From Planctomycetota bacterium (GTDB taxonomy: Bacteria > Planctomycetota > Phycisphaerae > WQYP01), in the NCBI GenBank assembly GCA_048498455.1, contig JBEHXY010000003.1:1-32525 (forward strand): a stretch of DNA of 32,525 nt. The letters run 5' to 3'. Numbering within the stretch: the first letter of the stretch is position 1; every line of letters starts with the position of its first letter. This document shows positions 17,842-28,162 of the stretch, piece after piece. The notes under the pieces were generated by a model that saw only the letters and a list, made by a program, of their open reading frames with translations, was not told where the DNA came from and searched no databases. The position numbers were made by a program, and so were the translations under genes.

Positions 17842-19215
17842 TCAAGTCAGCTCCACACGTCGCCCGGCGGGAGTTGTTGCCACAATTCGCTTCTGCTCGC
17901 GATGGAACTGCACAGTGCAAGCCGACTGCGTCTGCGACACCAGCGTTGTTCCTGAGCCCATTTTAATCGACGTCCCGGAGAACAACGTCTCGCGGCAGAG
18001 GATTTCGCCTCCACCTTCCAGCGTCCAGGATGCATCCAAATCCCGATATCGTTGCTCCTGCTCCCGCGCTTGTGCACTCAGCACGATGTGCCGTTTGACA
18101 ACAGCACACAGGGCTTGGCGTTCAACGCTCGAGAGTTTTAGCAAATCCGGCCGAGCGTGCCTGAACTGCTCGATCACCTTTTCCAGCGCCACAATCATCT
18201 GCCGCAGTCCTGCGGCCTGCTGCTCGTGCTCCCCAAGCTGCTGCAGGATCTTCCAGTCATGGCCGACGGATACCCGCGTAGCCACCCCGGCCGCATTGCC
18301 CAGACACTTCACCTGGATACAACTTCCAGCCCGCAGGTCCCCTCCAAAAACAACACCCTTCCCCATGTCCACCGCCACCTGTTTGCCCGCTGTCAGCCGA
18401 GAATGGAGCACCGCGTGCCGAACCAGAATGTCACCCTCGCAGTAGACGGTCGCATTTTCCACGTATCGCACATCCACGACGGTCTTGGCCGAGATGAATC
18501 CGCAACCTCGCCCCGCCAGCCCCTGTTTCACCCGCACGGCACCGCCCGAGGAAACAACCGTCGCGCCTTCGACGCCCGCCTCCACTTCAATATCCTCGGT
18601 CGCGACCACGCGGGCTCCGTCCTTCACGGTCCCTTTGATTACCACCGTGCCCTCGAACTCGATGGCTTTGTCGTTCACCGTTAGGTCCCCTGGCCATACG
18701 AGATGCCGCCGAACCTCCAGACTTTGTCCGTCAAAGGTTGCCAGACCATCAACCGTTGCGACGAATGTCGCTGTGATTGCATCGAAGACGACCCCCGCCA
18801 GCATCGACAGAGCCGCCACTTTCCCGCACGGTGCCGGGATTTCCTCTCCCAAGACATTGATGCCCGAAGTGCCCGGGGACGCCGGCACGATACGGGCAAG
18901 CACCTCCCCTTTTCGCGTCATCCATTCCTTGGCCCGGCGTCCGCCCCTTTGCAGCAGAAGCTGTCCTGGCACAGGCACAATGCTGCCATCCTTGCCCCCA
19001 ACCGGCGAGCGTCCCGCCGCGATTTGTGAACGCTGCGAGGCACGCCCCGTTTTCAAAACCTCGCCGGTGATCGCCGTGATCGCTTCCATATCAACGCCTT
19101 GGACCACGCCTATCGCACGGAGCTTCGAAATCACGTCTGAGGTGGTGATGAACTTCCCGCCACCCTCCCCCGGCGTCACGCATAGGTACGCAGCCATCCG
19201 GTCTTCGCGGATGCT
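17842..19215 (-). pseudogene. DUF342/FapA-family protein, 5'-truncated
   Basis: SIREDRMAAYL…IAAGRSPVGGKDG…GTSGINVLGEEIPA…IEFEGTVVIKGTV…GKGVVFGG…LGNAAGVATRVSVG. The frame begins abruptly at the ISKra4 junction (~19215). Confidence 0.8.
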
Positions 19216-20202
19216 CCCCGATCACCACCACTTCCAAGGCCTCGCGGATGCCCCGGCGTTCCGCTTCCACCCGCGCCATCTCGCCAAAGACGGTGCTGTT
19301 GTTCATCGTGGCCACATAGCTGGTCACCAGCCGCCTGGGCACCGGCGCTTCCCCAGGAGCCTCAGAGGCCTGCTTGATGTACGAACTGATCGTGGCCACC
19401 TTGTCCTCGCGATACCGGCTCTGGGTCAGGGGATCCTTGTCCCTTTCCTGCACCCGGCCTCCATCCATCCCCACCGCCAGCAGCTGGGCCGCATTCTCCG
19501 GACCCCTTGGCCTGTGGCCTTGTGCTCCCTTGTGATACAAAGCCCGTTGGGCCTCCAGCAGCACACTCACCTTGCGGCCATAGTGCTCCGCCCACCGCTG
19601 AATCTGCTTGCCGTCATAAGCGGTGCCCCAGTCCGCATTGAGGCTCTCGGCCGCCCTGTCAAACGACGCCTGATCCACCCCCTCCCGGCTCACCCGCTCC
19701 GCCGCACGCGGCGTCAGATGCACCTGGGGATCCAACTCCCACCGGCTTTCCTGAGGGGGAAAAAGACCGGCCACACGACCGGCATCGCGCCACCTGCCGC
19801 GGCAGCACCACCACGCCATGCTTGCTTTGCCTTTCCCTCTGGCCGTGGGCCTCCAGCCACCGGGTGCTGGCGCTTTGACAGTGCGGGCATGCCCCCGGCT
19901 CAGCGAGTTCGCTGGCGTCCGACAAACGCGCCAGCTCCTCCATAAACGCCGCGGTCATTTCCCGGTCGAACTCGTCGGCCATCGCCTCCCACTGCCGGAA
20001 CTTCCCATCCGCCACCGGCTGGCTCTCATCGGCCGGCAAATACTTCTCCCGCAACCGCTCATATACCCCGTCCAGCCGCTCCCGTGCCTCCTGACGCCTG
20101 CTTTTCATGGCCTGCACTCCTTGCGCTTCCACTGCGCCTCCGTTCCCGAGACGCACACCTATCAGTTTACCAACCCCCACCCGCATAACGTGTCACGCAC
20201 CC
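19216..20202 (-). mobile_element. ISKra4-family element, 3'-truncated
   Basis: Probable left end GGGTGCGTGACA at 20202. ORF from ATG 20108 has CPHC…CRSC, shifts frame at TTTTTCCCCC (19764-19755) into FPPQESRW…GMDGGRV…YREDKV…AERRG…VVVIG, then stops being transposase-like mid-domain. Confidence 0.8.
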
Positions 20203-20650
20203 GTCAGCGCTCCAGGCGACGTGCCCTGCGGATTTTCTGCCTGGCTGCGATCGTCGTTACCATGATGATGATGGGTGTAAGCCAGTGCGTGGTCTTGAGC
20301 ATCGACGGCCACGGCCATCACTTCGTGGCGGCTGTCACTGCCGCTGCGTATATTTCGAACCCGACCCGGATCGATCCGTTCCACTTCCAATCGAGTTGAG
20401 TGGAATTCGAATTTTTCGTTCTCGCACCTGTTGTACGCACCCAAGCTTAGCCGCTTGGGTATTTCCCGGATTGTCCTCGTCCCATGGTGGCTCCTCATCC
20501 TCTTGGAGGGCGCGTTCACCTGGGAATTTGGATGCTGACGCGGACACCGCGAACCAAAACTGCTTTTCCTGTGGTCACCGGCGCGGCTTTTTGAAACAGA
20601 TTGGCCCTCCGACGCATGGTCACACGTCGAACGAATTATTCCACCCCTGA
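20203..20650 (+). pseudogene. Possible degraded membrane-protein gene
   Basis: Hydrophobic pieces lie in different + frames (LRIFCLAAIVVTMMMMGVS; IVLVPWWLLILL), followed by NCFSCG; no intact ORF. Confidence 0.25.
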
Positions 20651-20734
20651 ATTATCGCCGGCCAGGCCCACTGGTGGTCATAGAGGCCCGGACAAGTACA
20701 AACCACCTTGTCTGGGCCTCTGAGACTTCCTCTT

Positions 20735-21214
20735 TTATGTTTTCATATTCACCAGGAACTGCGCGGATTCAGTGGTTGGAAGCATGTCGGCGTCATACAT
20801 ATTTCCGCCCGCGTAAGGACCTGTATTGTTTACGTTGGCATTTTGTGAGGCGGAGAAGTACGCGTAATACTTCTGCGACACGCTCAGGGATTCGTTGTTG
20901 AAACCGAACGTGCGAGAATAGCTGCCAGCGCCAAAAGCCGCGCCATCAGCTGTGCTCAGACTCGTGGCGACAAGATTCGTCGGTGAGCCGATGTCATCTT
21001 CGCTGGCAAGCGAAGCGGAGTAGAGAAAACACGTTTCCGCACGCTGATCTGGGTCGGAACTTAAGTAACCTAGAACGAGGCTCACCAACTGAGCCTCGGT
21101 GGAGGTCCCCGGGCTTCCCGATCCGCCGGGCCCTGCTACGTTGGGAGTAAAGCTCTGCCCCAACATTGGAGCAGTGTGGTTGCGCGTGACAGATCCAACA
21201 GAGAAATTCGACAT
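20735..21214 (-). CDS. Hypothetical Ser/Gly/Asn-rich protein (probably beta-rich)
   Basis: 159 aa; strong RBS AAGGAGA upstream of the ATG; protein-like composition. Confidence 0.7.
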   Translation of the reverse strand: MSNFSVGSVTRNHTAPMLGQSFTPNVAGPGGSGSPGTSTEAQLVSLVLGYLSSDPDQRAETCFLYSASLASEDDIGSPTNLVATSLSTADGAAFGAGSYSRTFGFNNESLSVSQKYYAYFSASQNANVNNTGPYAGGNMYDADMLPTTESAQFLVNMKT

Positions 21215-21360
21215 GGCTTCTCCTTAGATAAAGCAACAAGGGCTCCCAACGCGACGCGCTGGTCAAGCCCGTTCGCCATGATATTAGGTTTTTGTTCGGT
21301 ATGCAAGATTTATCTTTGCCGATTTTGCAAACAGCGTTCCGGCAACGAGTTAAACGCGAT

Positions 21361-24306
21361 TCAATTGAGTTTTGAGAAATCCATGACTTGCGCCCCCGTC
21401 CCTTGGCGGACTGTCAGGACTTTGCCTCCGCCGGCTTCTAGAGCCCCTCCAATCGAAATCGGGATTTGTCGAACGAGGCGCCCATCCGCGGTATATACGC
21501 AGAGATTCCTCGCCTCCAGACAGAAAACGAGATCTCCGCTGGAGCCGACGCTCGTGATACGACCAGGGGGTAAAGTCATGGGACCGAGGTATTCCCCACT
21601 GCGCGCGGACCAACGTGAGAGGATCCCAAATGCGTCGAGGGTGACAACCAATGTCGTATCGGCCACAAACGCTGCACCATGGAGAGTGGATCCGGTAGGA
21701 TGAATATGGGAGAGCCTCTGGGGTTGATCGCTCGTCGTCCAGACCTCTACGTCTTGGGGGCCCGCGATGAGCATCAATTCTTTGGTGTCAGAAAACTTCG
21801 CAAAGTTGGCCGCCGAGACGTTCAGGAGGTGAGAAGCCCAGTTACCATCACCGCTCTTGACCCAAAAAGCAGGGCGTTCGTCGCCGCTGCAACTGATGGC
21901 CATTTTGCCTGAGGGCGCCATCGCAACTCTTTTTGCATTCGACGCCTTCCCGGCAAGCAGGGTGAACCGCCCGCCTGTCATGTTCCAAAATTGGGTGTGA
22001 TGGTCCGCAGTGCAGGCCACAAGAGATGATCCTGTGCGATCGAGACTTACATCGACAAAGGGCTCATCGGCATTGATTGTCGCAATGCCGCGTCCTGAGG
22101 TCGTGTCCACGAGCTCGATCTGTGAGCCCGCTGGAATTGCAGCGATTCGACCGTCACTGCTGATGGCAGCCAGGCCGCTGGGTGGGCTGGGAAGTTCGAT
22201 ATTTCGCATGCAACGAGCCGAGCGATCCTGCCAAAGCGTGGAGGAGAGCGAACTGTCCTCCACAAAGATCAGATCGCCACCCGCAGTAATCCGTTTGGGC
22301 GCCTTGGAAGGTATTCGCACGGCAATCTCTCCGGATTGCTTCACCAATTCCACGAGTCCCGATGAGCGGTCAAAACGAAAAACGGCATTCGGAGGAGACC
22401 CGAAGCCGGGCACGTGCAGCGGTCCCGCGAGCGTGGCCACAACCTGCGAGCCAGTGGGCGTCCAGAATTCGATCTTGCTTGAAGCGTCCTTCACCACCCA
22501 ATCACCGTTTTCGCCAAAAGCAAGGTTGTCGCCTGCGCTCCGTGGAAAATGCCCAGTTCGTTCGAGTTTCCACGCAGGCAGCGACGCATGGTAAACGGTC
22601 CCATCGTTGGCGATGGTCCACAATCGATCAAGCTCGTCAAATCCAGCGATAGGGCCAAGTTGCTCGTGCTCGAGGTGGACGACGGGAAACCGGCCGTTCG
22701 TGGGGACCACGACCAGTTGTCCATCCGTTGTAAAGGCGCAAAACTCATCCCGCCCGACCGCCAGGAGGCCGGGGCTCAGTGACAAGCTCTCACGGCGTAG
22801 CACTTCGCCCGTTTTGGTTTGCAAAACCGTGAATGCTGTTGTGGAGAGGACCGCCACTTGCGTTGAATCCCGCGAAAAGGCCACCCGCTCTGATTCCGCA
22901 TCGACGTGCGCCTGCCAGAGCAACGTTCCCGCAGTCGCATCCTCGACGACGAGACTCCCCTCCGATGTCAGGACGCTCAGCAGGGATCCATCACGCGAAA
23001 GTGCCACGCACTTTGGCGCCCTTCGAATATCCAAAGTCCGCAAGGGAAAAGCTGTATGGGCGTCGAGTTCCCAGAGTCCAAGAGCCGCCGGTAGGGGGGA
23101 TGCATGCGACTGCACGAAAATATCTCTCGCCGACACGTACAGATTTCGGGCTCGGGTGACGTTACCCGCGGTCAAGCACATGTCCGCTTGGGCCACCTGT
23201 GCTTCTGCAAGCTGAATCTGTGCGAGACGTTCGTGCACTCTTGCGCTTTTGGCTTCGTGTAGAGCGATTCCCATACCTGCTGCAAGCGAAACGACGATCA
23301 AGCTCGTGCTGAGCGCAAGATAGCGATGGCGTCGGAGCAATCGGCTTGCACGATACGCAGCTGTTGAACGGCGTGCGGCAATCGGGCGGTTGTCCATGAA
23401 GCGCCGCAGATCATCTGCCAGCGCAGCTGCCGAGGCATACCGGCGGTGCGGCTCCTTGGCCATCGCCTTCCCGACGATCATCTCGACGTCGCGATTGACC
23501 CAGGGACAGACCGATCGAAGCGCGGGGGCATCCTCCTCCTGAATCATCCGCGAGGCTTCCAGCATGGAATGACCCGAGAGGTCGACAGGGCGCCTGCCGG
23601 CCAGCACCTCGTACAAAAGCACCCCCAGAGAATACACGTCCGCTCGTTCATCGAGGCGGCTCCCCTTTGCCTGCTCAGGGCTCATGTAGTCGGGTGTACC
23701 TAGGAATTGGCCCATCTCGGTCAAATCGGGCGTGTCGTAGCGCTGTGTGAGCAGGGCCCCCAGCCCAAAATCCAGTATCTTGGCGCGCCCAGCCTCATCC
23801 ACCAGCACGTTGGCCGGTTTGAGGTCCCTGTGGATGATGCCTTCCCCGTGGGCATAGGCAACAGCGTCGCAGATCTCAATGGCCACGCGAAGGCGCTGTG
23901 CGGGGGGTTTCCCGCGAACGAACGATGTCACAGGTACGCCCGAGACCAGTTCCATCGCCAAAAAGGGAGACGCGCCGCCCGGCCCGATCATGGTTCCAGC
24001 TGTATACAAACGGGCAATCGCCGGATGCTGAAGCCTGGCAAGGATCTGGATCTCGCGGTTGAATCGGGCCGCTGCCTTTGCCTGCCAGATGGTGGGCCGC
24101 ATCACCTTCAGGGCTACCACACGCTCGGGGTATTCCTGGATCGCCTTATAAACCATCCCCATGCCCCCCTCACCCAGCAACTCACAGATCCGGAAGTTCA
24201 CGACCTCCGGCAGCCCGTCACGCGAGCCTGACCCACGGACCTCGCCTTGAAAGACCTGGTCCAGCGATTCAGGGAGCAGGGGGGAAGTTTCATGCTCGAT
24301 CGTCAA
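21361..24306 (-). CDS. Ser/Thr protein kinase with transmembrane segment and WD40-like beta-propeller
   Basis: LGEGGMGMVY, VALK, HRDLKPAN, ILDFG, GTPDYMSPE, DVYSLG; TM-like LALSTSLIVVSLAAGMGIAL; repeated VALSRDG/VAFSRDS/AISSDG blades. Confidence 0.93.
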   Translation of the reverse strand: MTIEHETSPLLPESLDQVFQGEVRGSGSRDGLPEVVNFRICELLGEGGMGMVYKAIQEYPERVVALKVMRPTIWQAKAAARFNREIQILARLQHPAIARLYTAGTMIGPGGASPFLAMELVSGVPVTSFVRGKPPAQRLRVAIEICDAVAYAHGEGIIHRDLKPANVLVDEAGRAKILDFGLGALLTQRYDTPDLTEMGQFLGTPDYMSPEQAKGSRLDERADVYSLGVLLYEVLAGRRPVDLSGHSMLEASRMIQEEDAPALRSVCPWVNRDVEMIVGKAMAKEPHRRYASAAALADDLRRFMDNRPIAARRSTAAYRASRLLRRHRYLALSTSLIVVSLAAGMGIALHEAKSARVHERLAQIQLAEAQVAQADMCLTAGNVTRARNLYVSARDIFVQSHASPLPAALGLWELDAHTAFPLRTLDIRRAPKCVALSRDGSLLSVLTSEGSLVVEDATAGTLLWQAHVDAESERVAFSRDSTQVAVLSTTAFTVLQTKTGEVLRRESLSLSPGLLAVGRDEFCAFTTDGQLVVVPTNGRFPVVHLEHEQLGPIAGFDELDRLWTIANDGTVYHASLPAWKLERTGHFPRSAGDNLAFGENGDWVVKDASSKIEFWTPTGSQVVATLAGPLHVPGFGSPPNAVFRFDRSSGLVELVKQSGEIAVRIPSKAPKRITAGGDLIFVEDSSLSSTLWQDRSARCMRNIELPSPPSGLAAISSDGRIAAIPAGSQIELVDTTSGRGIATINADEPFVDVSLDRTGSSLVACTADHHTQFWNMTGGRFTLLAGKASNAKRVAMAPSGKMAISCSGDERPAFWVKSGDGNWASHLLNVSAANFAKFSDTKELMLIAGPQDVEVWTTSDQPQRLSHIHPTGSTLHGAAFVADTTLVVTLDAFGILSRWSARSGEYLGPMTLPPGRITSVGSSGDLVFCLEARNLCVYTADGRLVRQIPISIGGALEAGGGKVLTVRQGTGAQVMDFSKLN

Positions 24307-24315
24307 GGCCCACCC

Positions 24316-25179
24316 TCACGGCCGGCCAGGTGCGAGAATGACATCCAGCTCGTTGGCGTTCAAACGCACCGCCGTCGAAAACTGGGTTCCTCCGGCCTTG
24401 ACGACGATGTTCCCCACGTCGGCGGCGTAGATGTTGTCATCACCGCGGCCGAAGGTGTTGGTCTTGGAAAACTCCACGTGGCTATCGGCAAGCAGGACCT
24501 GCTGCCCTCGGCCGCCATGATTCTGGGAGTTGCCCGCACGTTGCCCGGGAGGAGCGTTGGGATTCGCCAGTGGCAGCGACAGCGACGGCCCAATGTCGGC
24601 AGCGATCACCCGGGAACCGTCTGCACCACCGCGCCACCAAACGGCCACGGGGCCGGTCACGGAAACCCATGGATAGGCAAACGCGTAGCTGTAGGTCGAT
24701 TTGCCGAAGTTGAGCAAGTAGTCCGGAGGTGCAAACGTGCCGGCCCGCAGGGGAGCGGCCATGGGGGAGAGAGGGTCTGAGGGGCAGAGAAACTGCTTGG
24801 GCTTGGCCGTTCCCTGAAGCACCAGAATCCAGGCGTTGCCCATGGGCTCACCGGCAGCCAGGTAATTGGGAGGGGTCGACGCGCTTGAATCGTAATAAAG
24901 ATAGGAGACGGGGTCAGAGTCCCCAGGAGCGGTCGGCGGAGAGAGCGTCGACCACTTACCCATCTTTGAAGCAAGCCGCGGCGGTGGCTGGGTGGGAAAG
25001 AGCCGTTCGGAAAGGGCATACGTCTGCATGGCTAGGCCAATGGAACGAAGGTTCCCGGCACAGCCGGTCATCCGGCTGGCTTCCCGTGCGCGGGCAAGCG
25101 AGGGAATCATGAGGCCAAGGAGCACGGCGATGATCGAGATGACCACGAGAAGTTCAAGAAGCGTAAAGCCTCTTCGCAT
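24316..25179 (-). CDS. Prepilin-type N-terminal cleavage/methylation protein (DUF1559/H-X9-DG-like)
   Basis: MRRG-FTLLELLVVISIIAVLLGLMIPSLARARE…CAGNLRSIG, FLCPSD, NHGGRGQQVLLADSHV. Confidence 0.9.
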   Translation of the reverse strand: MRRGFTLLELLVVISIIAVLLGLMIPSLARAREASRMTGCAGNLRSIGLAMQTYALSERLFPTQPPPRLASKMGKWSTLSPPTAPGDSDPVSYLYYDSSASTPPNYLAAGEPMGNAWILVLQGTAKPKQFLCPSDPLSPMAAPLRAGTFAPPDYLLNFGKSTYSYAFAYPWVSVTGPVAVWWRGGADGSRVIAADIGPSLSLPLANPNAPPGQRAGNSQNHGGRGQQVLLADSHVEFSKTNTFGRGDDNIYAADVGNIVVKAGGTQFSTAVRLNANELDVILAPGRP

Positions 25180-25199
25180 ACAAGCCTCCGGTAATGGCG

Positions 25200-25700
25200 C
25201 TAGGGGAGTTTTGAAAGCGCGCCCAGGAAAACCGGGGACAATGTGGCCGCCCCCTTGTACTGTGCTGCCCAGGCAAAGGCCGTCCGCAACTGATCCGGCG
25301 GCAACTGGCTCAGGGAGGCATCAAGGGTCAAGAGGGCAGCGGCAATGGCTGCATAGTAGATCACGGCCGCTGGTTGGCCGCAGAGGGGGTTTTCCGGCAG
25401 ATGGCGAGTATGCCGGCCAAAATGTTTGATCGCTTCAAGAAGTTCCCGCGAGGGATGGTCCGACAGAAGTTCGCTAAGGAACGTTCGACTGGCACCGCCT
25501 TCTCCCAAAAGCAATTTCAAACGCGACGGGGTCATGCCCGGCGCCGTCAAAAGATCGGGAGCCAATGGGGCCGAAAGCTGATGCGAGAGGGCAGCGATGC
25601 CATCGTCAAGGGTCCAGGGCGTCATCTCGGCCGAAAGCAAGCGGCAAAGCTCGTCGCCGGTGAGACTCTGTAATTCCATCGCATCAAAAGGGCCTGTCAT
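25200..25700 (-). CDS. Hypothetical helical protein coupled to the ECF sigma factor
   Basis: 166 aa; ATGA overlap with the sigma stop; YYAAIAAALL segment. Confidence 0.7.
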   Translation of the reverse strand: MTGPFDAMELQSLTGDELCRLLSAEMTPWTLDDGIAALSHQLSAPLAPDLLTAPGMTPSRLKLLLGEGGASRTFLSELLSDHPSRELLEAIKHFGRHTRHLPENPLCGQPAAVIYYAAIAAALLTLDASLSQLPPDQLRTAFAWAAQYKGAATLSPVFLGALSKLP

Positions 25701-26455
25701 CGCAGCACCGTCGCTCGGGTCTGACGCGGGTACAAACAGCGCTGGAGGTCGGCAATTTCCTGATCGATGGAGGCTTCATCGAGTTCGTATTCGGCGACGG
25801 CGGCCCTCAGCAGCCGGGCGTACATCCTCTTGGCCGTCACAAGCAGATTGGCAGCCTGCGTGGGAGACGCCATGCCCAGACGTGTGGCAAGGGCTTGGTA
25901 GGGCTCAGGCGAACTGCCGGTAAACAGCGGCTCGACCATGCGCGCGTGAAACACCGACCAAACATCGGAACGTCCCGCGTCGACACACTCCTGGCGCATC
26001 ACTTCTAAAACGCTGGCGACGACGGTGCGGGCCCACTGGGCTTCAAGGAGTACGTCAGGCGTGTCGCCAAATTCAGTGTCGCTCGAAAGGCCGGCGAAGA
26101 CTTGGGGTTCACCAGCACGTGCCCGTGTCCGGCTGATGCAATAATTGCTAAAACTTGTCAGGAGGAACGTGCGGAGTCGGCCACGCCGCTCGTCGGCGTG
26201 TTGAAGGAGGTTTTGTTCGATGATCTTGTCGGCAACGAAGGCTTGGACAAGGTCCTCTGCTTCGTGCTCCGGGTAACGCCGCACCGTGTGGAGGTAAGAT
26301 TTGAGCGCGGGGCAATAGCGGTTCAGAAAGGTGGCAAGCGCCGCGAGCTGCGTCGATTCCCCCACGCCAGCGGCGCGGTGCACGAGCGACCAGTGTGTTG
26401 GGGGGAAAGGATGGTAGGAGTGCTTGGACACGTCCGGTAGGGTACCGGCGAACAA
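25697..26455 (-). CDS. ECF RNA polymerase sigma factor (kinase-associated type)
   Basis: FPPTHWSLV N-terminus, EAEDLVQAF, RGRLRTFL, YQALATRLGM region 4. The true start may be slightly downstream. Confidence 0.88.
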   Translation of the reverse strand: MFAGTLPDVSKHSYHPFPPTHWSLVHRAAGVGESTQLAALATFLNRYCPALKSYLHTVRRYPEHEAEDLVQAFVADKIIEQNLLQHADERRGRLRTFLLTSFSNYCISRTRARAGEPQVFAGLSSDTEFGDTPDVLLEAQWARTVVASVLEVMRQECVDAGRSDVWSVFHARMVEPLFTGSSPEPYQALATRLGMASPTQAANLLVTAKRMYARLLRAAVAEYELDEASIDQEIADLQRCLYPRQTRATVLR

Positions 26456-26514
26456 AGAGGGTGAAAACAGAATTCTCTGAAGAACTTCGCCGATGCTGAC
26501 TCGCGGCGCTCCCC

Positions 26515-26715
26515 TTATGATTGCTCGCGCTCGGGCGGGTGGACGATCTCCAGCGTTGCCTTGGCAGCGGTCAGGATGGTTCTACATTCGTGGCACAAGA
26601 GGCGATCGGTGCTCCGGCCGATGAGTGCGTTGACTGCCTCGCAGACCGGGCAGTAGTACACGATCTCGAGAAGGCCTTCCCGGTTGGCGACAAAAAGCGT
26701 CTGGATGGCGTCCAT
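26515..26715 (-). CDS. Small Zn-ribbon protein
   Basis: 66 aa from ATG 26715 (GAGG upstream); CPVC…CHEC. Confidence 0.55.
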   Translation of the reverse strand: MDAIQTLFVANREGLLEIVYYCPVCEAVNALIGRSTDRLLCHECRTILTAAKATLEIVHPPEREQS

Positions 26716-28162
26716 AAGAGCCTCACAAGCGCAATGAAGAACCGGCATATGGCCATTGCGCAGGGGTGTTCAGGGGCACTTCGGAGAGAATCGCGGTGGC
26801 TGCAGCCTACCATCAATCGGCGGTTTGCATGTCAAGAATCCGCAATTCACGTTTGGGGGAGATATTTGGCGTGAGCTGGAACCTGCGCGCCAGGAATGTT
26901 CTCGCCGCGTCGAATTTGAAAATCAGCCCTGGTGTCCCTTCTCTGCTAAATCCGACGATTCTCCTTCGGTGCACTGGCAATTTCTGCTCCTTAAGAAAAA
27001 ACAAGTGGGGATCCGGGTCGGCGGTGGCTTGCAATCTCGCCTGCTGGTCGGGTTCCGACGTGCGATGTGGGCTCCACTCGGTATACTGTGCAAACGCCTG
27101 CCAATGGAATCGGCAGGCGGCGCGCTGCCACAGGGAGGGCCTGGCTCCGGTGGCGCTGCCTGATTGCATGGTCCTTCTCCCAAGGCCCCGTGCGTCGCAT
27201 CCCCTGCACGCCGGGGCCTTCCTCTTTAGATGGTTGCGGCTCGCGGTCAACGGCCAGACGCCCGACAAGACACGATGTCTTTGTGATCAGGCATCAGGTT
27301 CAGAAGAACTGCAGAAGTCTAAAATCCGGTTTTTAAGTCAACAGGCCCGCGAGGTCGAAGGTCTGCCCTAACTCCTTGGAACCTGCGCCGGCTTTGTTCC
27401 GACGGGGGACTTGCAGACTCGGAGGAGCCTGGTCTTACCGAGTCCCAAGCCCGCGAAATAAGAAGCACACTAAAGAGCTGCCAACATGCCAGAGCACGTT
27501 GCCACAGGGGCATAGGTGTTCGCGTTGACCAGATTACAGAAAGATTGTTCACCGTGTCAGGGTGCAAAACATTGACATCACCGCAGATGATTGTGAGTTA
27601 TCACATCGGCCCTGACAAAACGGCGTGATGTAAGAATCGCCGCAACGACGAAGCGTCTATATTTAGGGGGGTATAGGGGAATCGGAGGCGCTCTATAACG
27701 TTAGAATTCGGTGAACCCTAGCTCCAGAGACACGAGATTAACATTGAAAATCCTAAATATTTAAAATCTTATTGACTCACGTTTTCTCGGCGCGGTATGA
27801 AGACCTTTACCCATTTGTGCAGGGGAAGGCGCACTTCTGAATGTCCCTGAGAAGGACCGATTGGCTGTTCCAATTGTAGCGTGCGGCGCCACGACGAGCG
27901 CAGGCATTTGCCTTTGTTGATCGGCTTTAAAGTCGCACGCAGACATCTGGTGGAGCTCGAAAGTCGTCGCACAGCACGACACAGTAAACCATTGTCGTGG
28001 TGCACAGGGGAGGTTACGCGCGCAATCATGCCTGCGCTCGGGAAGTATGGGCGTGGGCATTGGAGCTTTAGACGTGCACGTTCGGGAGGCTGAGGCCGAT
28101 TTGTCAGAACAGTGCTGACGCTCCCGAGCGAGATCCGCAATGTTTCAAGTCTGGAGCAGTGC

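Noticed and set aside
26756-28093. Overlapping short ORFs on both strands
   Set aside because: No motifs, conflicting frames and atypical composition; treated as intergenic.
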